The translations under genes and the position numbers were made by a program. A stretch of 63,880 bases of DNA, filler included, from Folioceros fuciformis (lineage: Eukaryota), in NCBI GenBank assembly GCA_049999805.1. It is 9 parts of 9 records of this genome, joined end to end, with 100 filler letters (N's around TTAATTAATTAA, not from the genome) between each part and the next. Parts side by side here need not be neighbours in the genome. Positions count along the whole stretch, not along the records: positions 46,293 to 58,858 come from JBNGIO010002652.1; positions 58,959 to 60,425 come from JBNGIO010002653.1; positions 60,526 to 62,770 come from JBNGIO010002655.1; positions 62,871 to 63,880 come from JBNGIO010002671.1; 5 more parts are not named here. One strand, written 5' to 3'. Each line of letters begins with the position of its first letter. Position 1 is the first letter of the stretch. The notes beneath the pieces are model-generated. The model searched no databases. It worked only from the letters and a program-made list of their open reading frames with translations, and was not told where the DNA came from. Positions 52,201-63,880 of the stretch are shown piece by piece.

Positions 52201-54746
52201 CGGAAAGCCTAGTACAGGCGTGTTGCTAGCGGGTGGGAAGCCCAGTGATAGTTATGTTGACGGAGATGGTGGATTGTCGCTTCGAGTGCCAAGCTTACAA
52301 GGTGCCCACTCAGGGGCACTAGATGAGTAGCTCTGCTGGGTCATGGGCCTTGGCCAGCAGAATGGAGGGAAGGATCTGAAGACGGTGGGGTCTGTAAAGG
52401 ATTGCAGATGATCTAAGGGAAAGGAGAGGATCAAAGAGGGGAAGAGAGTGTCGAGAGGCACTCATGATTTTTGGTAGTTTTGAGAGGTTGAATATTTTTT
52501 ATAAGAGCAACCAGGGGCACAAGTTGGGGTTAGGGTTAGGTCAAAGTAAGGCTAGGTCGGAGTTTAGGGTTTTGACAAGTGGAGGGTTCTGTCGGAGGCG
52601 TGTTGACCTAGTTAGGCAGTGATAGGGGTTCCTGACCAAGGGGGTATAAGAGACCAGGCTTGTCATTGAGGGGGAGGCTTTCTTGGTGAGAGCTCCCTTG
52701 ACCTTGTGTGCAGGCTGCTAGGTTAGAGGGTTAATCCAGTGTGCATATGCACCCCGGCCTTGATTCCCCATGCCACTAGGGGAACGTGGCGGCTCCCAAA
52801 ATCGCTGAGATCCGGGTGGCCAGATCCGCAGGGGCTAACCTTTCTTGCAGGCTGGTTGGGTGGTTGGGGTACCTTGACGTCCCTAAGGGGTTTCCAAGGC
52901 GATGGACTGCAGGGCTATGAGCCAAGGAGGCTATCCAGCCTGGGTCTGCACATCCCTGCCTCAAGGACTGCAAGTGAGGGGCTGTTGTGTTCCAAATATC
53001 CAGGGGTGAGACGTGAGGGTGAAGGGCTGAAGAGTTGAAGTGCTGGAGTAGAGACTTGAGGTGCTAGAGTTTGGAGTGGTTGTGCTGAGGTGAGGAGCTT
53101 AGGTGCTAAAGTTCTCAATCAGCTGCTGAGGTGGCTGGCACTTAGGGCTGAGAGTGGAGGTCGAGGCCAGGGCTAGGGCCTCCTCCCAGCTGCTGAGGGG
53201 GCTGAAACCCGGAGCTGGAAGTGGGAGGTGAAGATAATGCTGAGTCCTCATTCAACCAAGGTTGTGGTTGGTGTCGAAGACAAGGTTCTGGTCTTTTTGC
53301 TGTAGGGTGGTTAGGTCTAGGAGCCGGCTGATAGATAGGATTAGATCTGGGCAGTGTGGGCGAGATTGTGGGGGACCTTGACACTAGTTCACTCCCTTGG
53401 GAGCGAATCCTAGTACTACGACGATAATAAGGGGGAAGTGTGGCCCTTGGTGGTTCTTGGGTGCAAGTTCCACACCACACGCCTCCTGGTTTTGGGACCG
53501 GTTGGCATGCTGGATCCCTAGTCCAGCTGCCTCACTCTCCTCAGGTATCTCTTCCCTCCATTTGAACGCAGAGGGAGGTTGGTGCTGCACCTCCCCACAC
53601 CTCAAGTATTCCTCCACCAGAGAGTTCCTACTGTCGCGAGATAGTGGTTGGTAGCTGTCAGATGCCTCAGAGGAAAACAGCTGCTGCCATACACTTGGAG
53701 CGCTCACCAGGCTGCACCACCGATCCTTAGAGCTAGTATCGTGTACAGGCGGCACCACTGACACTTTCTCCTCCTCCCCACCCAACTGCTGGGACAGGAG
53801 CCTGAAAACCACATCTAGGAGACCAGGATGCTGAGTCTTTATGACCTGGGCCTTGGCCAGGAGGTTCTCCACAGCCAAGGGCCCGGATATGTTCCCCCCC
53901 ACCGGTGACATCTTGCTGCCTCTTGCCTGAGTAGCCCGTCCCTTTGCGACTGAGTGACCCTAATCACCTACATTCTGCCTGCCCGTCTCCACATGTCCCA
54001 TCGTTAGCCCATCTACCGAAAATTCCACCTGCCAATCCACGACCTCCTTCCCAGGGTCAAACCCACGGGGTGCCTTCTGGCGGGTAGCAGGAACCCAAGG
54101 AGCCGAACTCACTTCTCCCTCTTGGACAGCCACCGCCTGGAGAATTCCGTCAATGAGAGCCGACAACGCACTCACCTCGCCCAGGTCTCCCTGTCGACAT
54201 TCGACCACACCACTCGGACGCCTCATGAAGTCAGCTTTGTCTTCGGCCACTTCCCTAAAATTCTCGTGATCACCCGTCGACGGGTTGCGGCCCAGCCCTC
54301 GGGACACCCTCCACCCCAACCTAGCCTGCACGTGTGACCAAGTTGGAGCAATTCTTCTGAGCCTTGATAGAAGGGAGTGATGGTTCTGCTTGCACCGACA
54401 CCAAGGCCCCCCCGTTAGGCTGGACCACCGCCTCGACAGCCATTCTTGCAACCATGACCTCGTCCTCCCAAGCCATCTCGACGGGAGGTTCTTGCACCTC
54501 TTCCCCACATCCCCCAACGCCGGTTCCTGGAGAAACCTCACCAGATCGCTCCCTCAAAAGCGAGTCATCCAGATCCCCGGGAGGGTCTTGTTGAATCAGC
54601 CGGCTAGGCAGGCTATCTAGCCCATCCACACACTTCCTCCCCAAGGCTTTGCCACCCTCCGTGCCTTGTTCTTCTTGCTTTGAATCCGAGCGCAGTGACG
54701 AAGGAGAGACAGCCTCTACGCCATGTGTGCCAACACCGTGGGAGGG
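46293..54746 (-). mobile_element. Degenerate L1-type LINE (ORF1 remnant ~47931-54746, interrupted by a solo LTR; ORF2 APE endonuclease and start of RT 46293-47930)
   Basis: IISWNVRGLG, VCLQEHK, ICNIYVPN, RLDKFY, LSDHHPI, EGDGPSKFFF, DKSPGHDGIPPEF. The ORF1 frame is restored when 49562-53479 plus one TSD copy is removed. Confidence 0.9.
49562..53479. mobile_element. 3.9-kb GC-rich solo LTR with 5-bp TSD CGCCT
   Basis: Termini TGTGG...CCACA; CGCCT at 49557-49561 and 53480-53484. No recognisable coding domain. Confidence 0.85.
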
Positions 54747-57700
54747 CGTGGAATGGATCTTGCCCCCAAGAACCACCAAGGGCCACACTTCCCCCTTAAT
54801 ATCGTCGTAGTACTAGGGTTTGCTCCCAAGGGAGAGAACTAGTGTCAAGGTTCCCCACAATCTTCCCCACATTGCCAAATCTAACCCTATCTGTCATCCG
54901 GCTCCTAGACCTAACCACGCTACAGCAAAAAGATCAGAACCCCAGTTGAATGAGGGTTCAGCATCATCCTCAGCCCTCACTTCTAGCTCCTGGTATTAGC
55001 CACCTCAGCAGCTGAGAGGGGGCCCTAGCCCCGGCCTTGACCTCCACTCTCAGCCCTAAATGCCAGCCACTTCAGCAGCTGATTGAGAGCTTCAGTACCA
55101 GCACAACAACTCCAAACTCCAGAATCTCAAGTCTCTACTCCAGCACTTGAAGTCCCTACCCCAGCACTTCTCCACCACTTCAAATCTCTGCCCAGCACTT
55201 CAGCTCTTCAACCCTTCGCCTCCACGTCTCACTCCTGGATTTTGGAACACAGTAGCCCCCCACTTGCAGTCCTTGGGGCCGGGATGTGCAGACCCAGGCT
55301 CGATAGCCTCCTCGGCTCACAGCCCTGCAATCTGTCTCCTTGGAAAATCCTTAGGGATGTCAAGGTACCCCAACCACCCAACCAGCCTGCAAGAAAGATT
55401 AGCCCCTGCGGATCTGGCCACCCATATCTCAGCAATTTTGGGAGCCGCCACGTTCCCCTAGTGGCATGGGGAATCAAGGCCGAGGTGCATCTGCACACTG
55501 GATTAACCCTCTAACCCAGCAGCTTGCACACAAGGTCAAAGGAGCTCTCACCAAAAAAAACCCCCTACTCAATGACAGGCTTGGCCTCTTATCCCCCCTT
55601 GGCCAGGAACCCCTGTCACTATCTAACCAAGACAACCCACCTCCAACAGAACCCTCCACTTGTCAAAACCCTAAACCTTTCTGACCTAGTCCTAACCTGA
55701 CTCTGACCTAACCCTAACGCCAACTTGTGGCCCTGGTTGCTCTTATCAAAATTAATCAACCTCTCCAAACTACCAAAACTCACGAGTGCCTCTCGACACC
55801 CTTTTCCCCTCTCTGACCCTCTCCTTTCCCTTAGATCATCTGCAATCCTTCAAAGATCCGCCGTCTTCAGACCCTTCCCTCCATTCTGTTGGCGAAGGCC
55901 CATGACCCGGCAGATCTACTCATCTAGTGCCCTGCAGCCCATATTTAGACAACTAACCATCAACCAGGGCCCAGGCACCTTCCCTTGCATCTGCAGTCAG
56001 CCGGGTCCGCCTGAGACCACAGCCCAAATCCCGCTGACTTTCTTGCTTAGGATCCTGTAGCCAGGCCGCAGGTCGCTGCGTGGCTCCCAAATTCAACCCC
56101 CAGCCGTCTCACGAGGGCCACCCTTGCTCCTTGCTTGGTAGGCCTGGCCTCGATCCAGCCAGCTGTTGCTAGGCCAGCCACCTACCGGGATTCAGCCAAC
56201 CCGTCGACCGGTCACAATCCAACCACCCGCATGGCTGCCCGAGGCCCTCATTCCTGCTTGGATTCCACCGGCATGGTTGCCTGAAAACTGCCACCCCGGC
56301 CCGCTCAGCCCCAGCGATCTGGCCAAGCTTAGATTCTCCACCAACCAGCCTGTCTGCTAGACTAATCCTGGCACCCGCTTGCTCGGAGCACCAGTCACCT
56401 AGAGGCCAGTGCTCCCCTCTAATCCCTTGGCCGACCAAATCCGGCCCCAGCCATTTGGAGCCCTTCCTCCCACGCAGTCAGCCTTCAGCGCCAGGCCGCC
56501 TGCACCGAGGCCACACACCGGCCTCTTGCCTTCCGGATCTAGCGAGGCAGCGTGCCTGGCTGCTTGGTTCCTGCAGCCAGTCACTGCCCAGCTTCCCCAG
56601 CTGCCTTGTTGCCTGATCGATCCTGCCCACCACCAGGTTGCACGCCACCCACTCCCGCTGCTAGCTGCCTACAGCCCGATCTGCTGGGCAGGGTGCTGCC
56701 TATCGGTCCCCATACTGACGACCGGGCTGCTTGCCAGCCAACCAGCCCGCCGCCTTAGCCGCTTATCCGTCGTTGCTTCGCTGGATTCGGTATACCTGTG
56801 ACCCGGATTCTACCCGCCTCCTGGATGGAACAGCCTTGCCTGGCTGCCTGCTCCTCAACCAGCCGCTGCTGGGCTAGCCACCTACCAGGATTCCCCTTGG
56901 CTTGGACTTCCCCCTACCAACTGCCTGCCGATTCCAGATCCAGCAGCTGCTAATCCGCCTACCGGCCTGAATTCCTCTAGCCCCCATCGCAGCCGGCCCG
57001 GTGGCCGCGCCTACCTACAGCCCAACTGCTTTGGCCATGATCCAGCCAGCCACCGACTTGCCATGGTGTAGCTAGTCGACCTGGCTGCTGGATCCATCGT
57101 CCCCCCAGCCCTGCCTACAGCCCGCTTGGCTGGCCCCAGATCCCGCTAAGCCACCCGCAAGCTGTTAGGCGAGTACCTGCTCTGGCGACGCCCCCTGCTC
57201 CTCGCCCTGCCGGCAAGGTCTCCTCCAGCCAGCTAGCCTGCACCATGCGGCTGCCTAGTCGGATCCACCTGCAGGATCGCCTGCCGGCCGCTTGCCAGCC
57301 AGCTTGCTGCCGACCAGCCAGGCCAATACCAGGTTGCCTGCTGGTTGCGTGCCTGCAGTCACGACCAGTCCGGCCATCCGCAGCTGCATCCAGCCAGCCA
57401 GCCCCACTGGTGGCACAGCCAGGCCGTCGGTGGCCCAGCCACCCTCCAGACCGCATGCCAGGCCGGCCTATCCTCCTGGATCTGGCCAGGCAGCTACCCA
57501 GCAAATCCGCCTGCAGGCTGCCACAACCGCTGCCTGGCTAGCTCCGGGCTGGCTAGATCCGGCTAGCAAGGAGGACGTGCCCGCCAGCTAGTCCCTACCT
57601 GGCTCTGTCCCGGCCAGTGGATCGCAGGACCGCTGCGACTCGGCCCCCTACTCAACCGCCAAGGCCTGTCTGGGTTCAATTCTCTTGCACCAGCCTGGAT

Positions 57701-58858
57701 GCGCGACCTCCTGCTTGCCTGGGTCCGGCCACCTGCCAGAGGTCTGCTGCCCCTCCGAATCTGACCAAGCCGCAAGTGCCTCCGGAGGCCTGTCACCTGA
57801 TCCACCCCGGAGGCCACCTGATCCCGCTGGCTAGCCGTCTCAGCCATTGCTGCCAGCCGCAAGGCGGCAGCCTGGTTGCCTTGTGATCCGGATCTGCCAG
57901 GCCGCTGCAAGCCGGCCTACCTGCCTGTAGCCTGCCTGGCCTCAGCGGCAGCCGCCGACTACCTGGCTCCAAGATCAATCAACCACTGCCCGCTCCACTG
58001 CCGCTACCAGATCGCCTAGATCCTCCGACGCCAGAGGCCGCAACCCGGCCTCCTGCCTTCCAGATCTGGTAGGCAGCCAGCCGTCAGCGCCAACCAGGCC
58101 GCCCACCGAGGTCACACCCCAGCCTCCTGCCTCCTGCCTCCGGATCCAGTCAGGCAGCCAGCCTGCCCGACTTGGCTACCTGCCGGGTTTGTCTGCTTGG
58201 AGGCAAGTAGCCAGCCTGCCTGGCTGCTTGGGTGCCTGGAGCCAGACACTGCCCGGCTTCCCTGGCCGCTTCTGGCTGCCTGTAGCCCGATCTGTTGGGT
58301 TGGCGGCTATTGGTTGATCGGCCAGAGCCCGAATCACCCCGAAGCCTGCAGCTGCTTGGCCTAGATCCAACGGCCGCTGGGCCTCCTGCCGGCTTCCAAA
58401 TCCACTAGTTGCTGAGCCACCTGTCGGCCACCCGATCCGGCCCTGGTTGCACCCAGCCCGCTGCAGCGCCCCTTGCAGCTCCTCCACATCCGTTCGGCCC
58501 TTTTCCCCCCTCGGCCTGGCTGGCTGGCCCCCTGGGCCGTCACTTGCTTGCCCAGGCCGATTGGCCAGAGGCCGCTAGCCGACCTCTGGCCTCCATATCC
58601 AGCCAGGGAGCCAGCCTACCCGGCCTGGCTGTTTGTCGGATTCGTTCACCTAGAGGCCAAGCTAGCTTGCCAAGCCTGCCAACCAGATGAGCTGCTTGCC
58701 TTCAGATCCTCAGCCCCTCGGCGCACCTGGGTAAGGCCACGGCAAGTCAAGCACGCCACCCACACGCCTATGCCCAACCCCCTTCCGCACGCTCCTAAGG
58801 ACACAACTCGCCCTCACACGCCTGACTTAGGGTTCCACACACATCGGCACCCCTCTCC
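54747..58858. mobile_element. Second LTR of the same family in opposite orientation, truncated by gap
   Basis: 54747-55935 is the reverse complement of ~52290-53479, and 58690-58858 is the reverse complement of ~49787-49955. Confidence 0.85.
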
Positions 58859-58958
58859 NNNNNNNNNNNNNNNNNNNNNNNNNNNNNNNNNNNNNNNNNN
58901 NNTTAATTAATTAANNNNNNNNNNNNNNNNNNNNNNNNNNNNNNNNNNNNNNNNNNNN

Positions 58959-60425
58959 ATGTCAAGAACTACTAGTATCAAGATGTGAGCACCACTACAT
59001 AAGTTTGATAGATACGATGCAAGCGGGTGATCTCCCTCACGTAGACTCCCTCACGTAGACTCCTCACATGACGGATACAATGATAGGAGTAGGTGCTCTC
59101 ACGCGAGCAACTCATACAAGGGAGGAGCGGGTACTCCCACGCGGGGAGCTCACAAAAAGGAGGCTGTCATGCTGTTGCTGTATGAAGAACATAGCACCTA
59201 AGACTTTATGACTGGATACTGACTAGAGCATCCTGGGCATAAGCCTCTATGCTGAAGTGCTTGATGATGCCATGTACATGGCCCATGGATGGCCTGCACA
59301 TGACATGTATGCCTGGGTGTGTGCCATGTATGCATGTGTGCATGTGAAGATGAAGGATGACATGTGGATGCATGTGACATGTCTAGAGGGAGGATGTATA
59401 TATCATGGTGGATGTGAACCATGTGTGTTGGATGCATGTGAGGAGTAGCGCCATGGCACATATGAACCATTGTGGAGATATCCCAAAACAAATATGAAAA
59501 TGACAAAATAAGAATAGGACGAAGTAGGCTATTTAGTTGGTTATTATTTGGTAATAGACCAAAGGCCAAGGAGAAGTAGGATTATAAAGTGCCTACCATC
59601 GATGCGAGGAGGTACTTCATCGAGAGTTCTTGGGGATTTTACCTATATATGTGGGCTACCCAGCCATGGATTCTTGTCTCCTGGAGCTGCTTGTGGTCTA
59701 TTGCATTGCTAGGTTGGGAGAATTTTCCATCTTGATTTTACCTATTCGCGGCCCTGGGCTTGCCCATCTTAGGCTGTTAGAAATACCATTAGTCGGGTAT
59801 TCAGTTCATTGGGTTACCGATTCATAGTTTAAGTTTAATTAAATTAGGTTTAATGGGCAGTTATAACTGCCACCCAAAACTCATGCTATATGTAATCTCT
59901 TTTTAGGTATTGTAATACACAGTTCATTTTTTTTGTTGCTACTCTCTTGTGATCTGCTTCTAGCAATCAGATCCGTCACATGGTATCAGAGCTTGATCAA
60001 CGTTCCCTGCCATTTGGATTCTTATCGGCGCCACGCGCCTGGTCTTCTACGATCAGCCGCGATGGTGCTACACATCAAACACGGCATTTAGGGTGGCAGC
60101 AAGTTGATGAACCAAGAAGATGGCTTGGAAATTTCAGAATGCGATTTGCAGACCTCATTTCAAATGTGCTTGGTGGGTTGAGGAAGTAGCCTTCTGATTT
60201 CCCTGGTATCATGCCTCGTAAGGGAGGCAGTCGGCACCTGTGGTCAGGTGTCACAAGACCAGACAACTTTTTTGAGGAATTTGAAGATCTGTATTTCAAG
60301 AAAGCAACTTCATTAGAAGAAAGGAAATCGCGGCTACAGTTCTTGCAGACCTTTGTGGACTCCCACCCATCCACTCAGCCTGCACCTCCTCAATTGCATC
60401 CACCTGTTAGGGAAACAGACTGTAG
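58959..60425 (+). mobile_element. LTR retrotransposon 5' LTR end, tRNA-iMet PBS and leader
   Basis: ...CCGTCACA (59980) followed directly by TGGTATCAGAGC (59981-59992). TATA-like CCTATATAT at ~59642. Confidence 0.75.
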
Positions 60426-61036
60426 NNNNNNNNNNNNNNNNNNNNNNNNNNNNNNNNNNNNNNNNNNNNTTAATTAATTAANNNNNNNNNNNNNNNNNNN
60501 NNNNNNNNNNNNNNNNNNNNNNNNNATAAGATAAAACATGTAGTCCTAGAAGAGAACTTGGTAATGCATGAAAAAATTGAACTAAATAGATTAATATCCA
60601 TATAGAAACAACATTCATTTCTTTAGGGTTTTGTGAGGTTCTCAAAAGATCCTTCACCCTATGGTTAAAAGCTGCGAGCAATATGTTTAAAAGCTTTCAG
60701 CAATATGGTTCAAAGCTTTGAGCACTATCCTTTGTACTATGGATAAAAGCTTTCCGTTTTCCATCTTTTTGTATGATGTAAAGCGTGGAAGAGACAACAA
60801 CCAATCATATCATGATTTCTTGTTGCACATTGGTATTGTCCAAAATGAGTTCTAAAGAGGGATAAGATTTCGATCTTTTACAAGTTTTGTTGTTAAGATA
60901 AAATTGATATATTTGTTACATTTCAATGATTAGTATAATTTTGATTATTTTGACTTCACACATACAAGCTAAAAGTAATTATTTAGCTCCACAACTTTTA
61001 TCTATATTAACTCAAACTAGTCACGTATATACTCTT

Positions 61037-61129
61037 TCATGCAACTTTGTATGTCTTTCATAGACAACTTTTCTCATTCTCCTCATGCAATTTTGTATGT
61101 CTTTCATAGATAACTTTTCTCATTCTCCT
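61037..61129. repeat. 2 x ~46-bp tandem duplication
   Basis: CATGCAAYTTTGTATGTCTTTCATAGAYAACTTTTCTCATTCTCCT twice. Confidence 0.85.
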
Positions 61130-61477
61130 CGGTATCCTACAGGCCTCTTGCCTCTTGCATTCATGAGCTTTGGATTGGCTGCAAAGCTTTGAGTAGAATG
61201 TGGGATCACAGGTGTTTATAATAAACATTGCCAGACCACTGCTCACGTTCAATACGTTATTTAACGCACCATAATCTGTGCGGTCGAAGTGGGAAGACTA
61301 GCCCACCGAAAGAATAATAAAAACCCGTTCTCCAAAATTGGTGGAAATAAATCTTGCTTCATATAGCTCTGGAGATCCTAAGCTCCCGGCCAAATTGAAG
61401 CACCTCGCGCAACTTGCAAAGGCTCTGCAGAGGCAAGACTGTGTACGATAAAGAGGGCATGCGGGTCGAAAGTGAGC

Positions 61478-62770
61478 TTACTGCAATTGGATCGTCTCTT
61501 CTAGCTCCCGGACCACAGCATCCATGCCAGGTCTTTGGGTGGCGTCAGACTCAACACATCTAAGAGCCAGCGCCGTGTACTTGGACAGAGACTGCTCGTT
61601 ATAATCGATCCTCATTTTCGAGTCAACAATGTCGTTCACTTTGCCTCCATTCAGAGATTGCTTCACCTGCTCAGCGACAGGCACGGTCAATTAGACACTC
61701 AAGGCGTTCCCACTCAAGATGAGGAAATAAGGGTGTGACGAAGCCGGATAGCCTGAACCCACCCAGTCCACAAGTTGCATGTGAGTATCAAAGGGAGGAA
61801 ATTTGGACACAGGTTGCCTTCCACACAAAATTTCGAACAGCACAACCCCAAAACTGTAAACATCGCTGCTCTCGGTCAATTGGTCGATGACAAGAGATCT
61901 GCGACGGAGGTAAAACTGCATTAGAATTACGGTGATCAGAAGGTAAAAAAAACGGGGCGGGCGCAATGGTCATGGAGTGCATTACTTACTCGGGGTCAGC
62001 ATAGCCAAGACGTTGAGTACTGGAAACACTGCCACTGCCACTGAGAAAGGAGATCTCGGGGTCTGTGCTCTTGATCGCTGCATTTGCAATCTTGGCTTCG
62101 AAAAGATCGTTGAGAAGAATACTTGTGCTGCTGATGTCACCGTGAATGACAGCAGGGTTGAACCTGTTATGAAGGTAGTCCAATCCTGCGTGATCATGTA
62201 CATGCCCCATGGCTGGAGTCAGGGTGCGGCAGATAAACCTGCTCCGCCTGACGGCGTTTGTAGACCTTCCCCCAATAACTGGACCAAGATGCACTACCAG
62301 CAACATAAGCACACATGATTCTTGAAAAATAGAGGGCTACCTTTCGCAGCTCCTAACGCCACATTCAGGCGCTCTCTCCAACTTAACACTCTTGAATTGG
62401 CTGAATCTGTGATCATACACGGCACGATGTCAGGTGTCACATGATCAGCTAGACGTTGGGACAAAACAAGTGCAGGACTTTACCATGAAGCAGCCTGTGC
62501 AGTTCCCCTCCATCCATCATCTCATATACAAGGATTTGCCTCGAACCGTCCAGACAGAATCCAACAAGAGGCACGACATTCGGATGCCTAAGCTTCGACA
62601 TAAGATTAATCTGACCATGGGTCGCAATTTGTTAGGATATCAAGAAGGCTAACCATGCCAACTGAAATGACTAGCACGGAAGGATTAGGTAGGTTAGGAC
62701 AAGCACCTTGTTCCTAAACTGGTCGTCAGGTATCAGAGCGAATTCAGACAGAACCTTCACACCAACTTTT
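61478..62770 (-). CDS. Receptor-like kinase (RLK/Pelle) kinase domain, 3' exons only; probable pseudokinase
   Basis: Exons: VGVKVLSE...FRNK, INLMSKLRHPNVVPLVGFC...LVYEMM, LSWRERLNVALGAAK, GLDYLH...IHGDISSTSILL...KIANAA...GYADPE, SDVYSFGVVLFEILCGR, ALRCVE...RPGMDAVV. The 5' end lies beyond the gap, and a further 3' exon is possible. Confidence 0.88.
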
Positions 62771-62870
62771 NNNNNNNNNNNNNNNNNNNNNNNNNNNNNN
62801 NNNNNNNNNNNNNNTTAATTAATTAANNNNNNNNNNNNNNNNNNNNNNNNNNNNNNNNNNNNNNNNNNNN

Positions 62871-62916
62871 TTTTTCAACCAAAACAAACTACTACCCCAA
62901 ACTTTGGAGGTTCACA
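62871..62916. mobile_element. LTR-like element terminus (...GGAGGTTCACA)
   Basis: Near-identical to 7612-7657. Confidence 0.7.
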
Positions 62917-63880
62917 CATAGATATAAGAATATATATATTCTAAGAAGATCTTTCTTGAAATAGTAATCGTGACATTGTAAAACTTGAAGCCAGCTTGAG
63001 AACTTGAACTTGAGTGAGCTAGACAACCAAAAAACACATATAGTATTGCTAATTACGAAACCTTTGATGCAAACAATAGTGCACCTATTAGAGAGTGGGT
63101 AGTAAACATTAGATTAGATTTCTGCAATTATACATGGTAGAGAAGATACTTAAAGAGAGTAGGTGAACAAGGGAAACTTTTTTGAAGAGAATGATGTTTT
63201 TGAGGAGTCCAATCTATCTCGCTTGTGAGGTGCAGAGACTGTGTTTGATTTTAAGACTCTTAGAAAAGAGCAATATAGACAAGAAAGAATTAAGTGCATA
63301 TGATAAGGGATGTACAGTAATGCATATTATGCGACACATAAAGGCATTGATAATTTGACTTTTTTTAAGGCTTTAGGAAGCAATTTTGTACTACTAGACG
63401 TTTTTAATATGGTGCTTATACACACCACTTGAGGCCCACAATTTTGTAGAGTGGACAAAATGAGTAATTTTGTGCGTACTTTTGTCGATGGTTGAAAATG
63501 AGAAATATTGGAAAATTAACAAGAAGGCAATCATACACATGTATGTAATCAAAGATTTTTAGTAAAAAATTCTTGTCATGAAAGTAGCCAGTCGGCAAGA
63601 TTTCGGGAGTCCCGGCAAGGATAGTCTCGCGGATGCATTGTCCTAGCAATCTTGCACTTCTGGAACAACTCGGACAAAAGAAAGTGAGTCATACTTGTGG
63701 GAGTAAGTAAGCGCTGATGGTGCACCTATTGCTTCCAAAGTGCTTTCCTCTATGATGAGAGGGAATAACAAGAGTTGCGATGTAAGCAATTGGGCTAGCA
63801 TAGGGTGCGCACGCTGGTTGGGAGTTCGTCAATCATACCTTCACGACAATCTGAGGGGCACACATAAGAGAACTCTATAT

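Noticed and set aside
49715-58858. Dozens of Pro/Ala/Gly/Arg-rich ORFs
   Set aside because: Products of GC-rich LTR sequence; not conserved between the two copies' cores and without domain motifs.
49562-58858. A single foldback/TIR or DIRS element with 4-kb inverted arms
   Set aside because: The left arm has its own TG...CA ends and TSD, and the spacer is continuous LINE ORF1, so these are two insertions.

Overview
Eukaryotic land-plant nuclear DNA with compact GT-AG introns and Ty1/copia, Ty3/gypsy and LINE elements. The short introns and GC-rich genes suggest a non-seed plant such as a hornwort or lycophyte, but the sequence alone cannot establish this. The window is nine contigs joined by 100-bp N44-TTAATTAATTAA-N44 linkers, so adjacency across gaps is unproven. 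Host genes: (1) a multi-exon protein with an apparent signal peptide and two tandem SET + Rubisco-LSMT substrate-binding modules, the first degenerate; (2) LST8; (3) three intact tandem secreted Root_cap-family genes with hypervariable N-termini before a conserved Asp-Pro motif; (4) the 3' part of a receptor-like pseudokinase. There is also an intron-containing partial LST8 duplicate and an AT-rich GDSL lipase fragment. The rest is mostly transposon sequence: four copia remnants, a gypsy RT fragment, and a LINE whose ORF1 carries two oppositely oriented ~4-kb GC-rich LTRs of one family, forming a ~9-kb inverted repeat. Several tandem-repeat arrays are present. No prokaryotic system, CRISPR array or RNA gene was seen.
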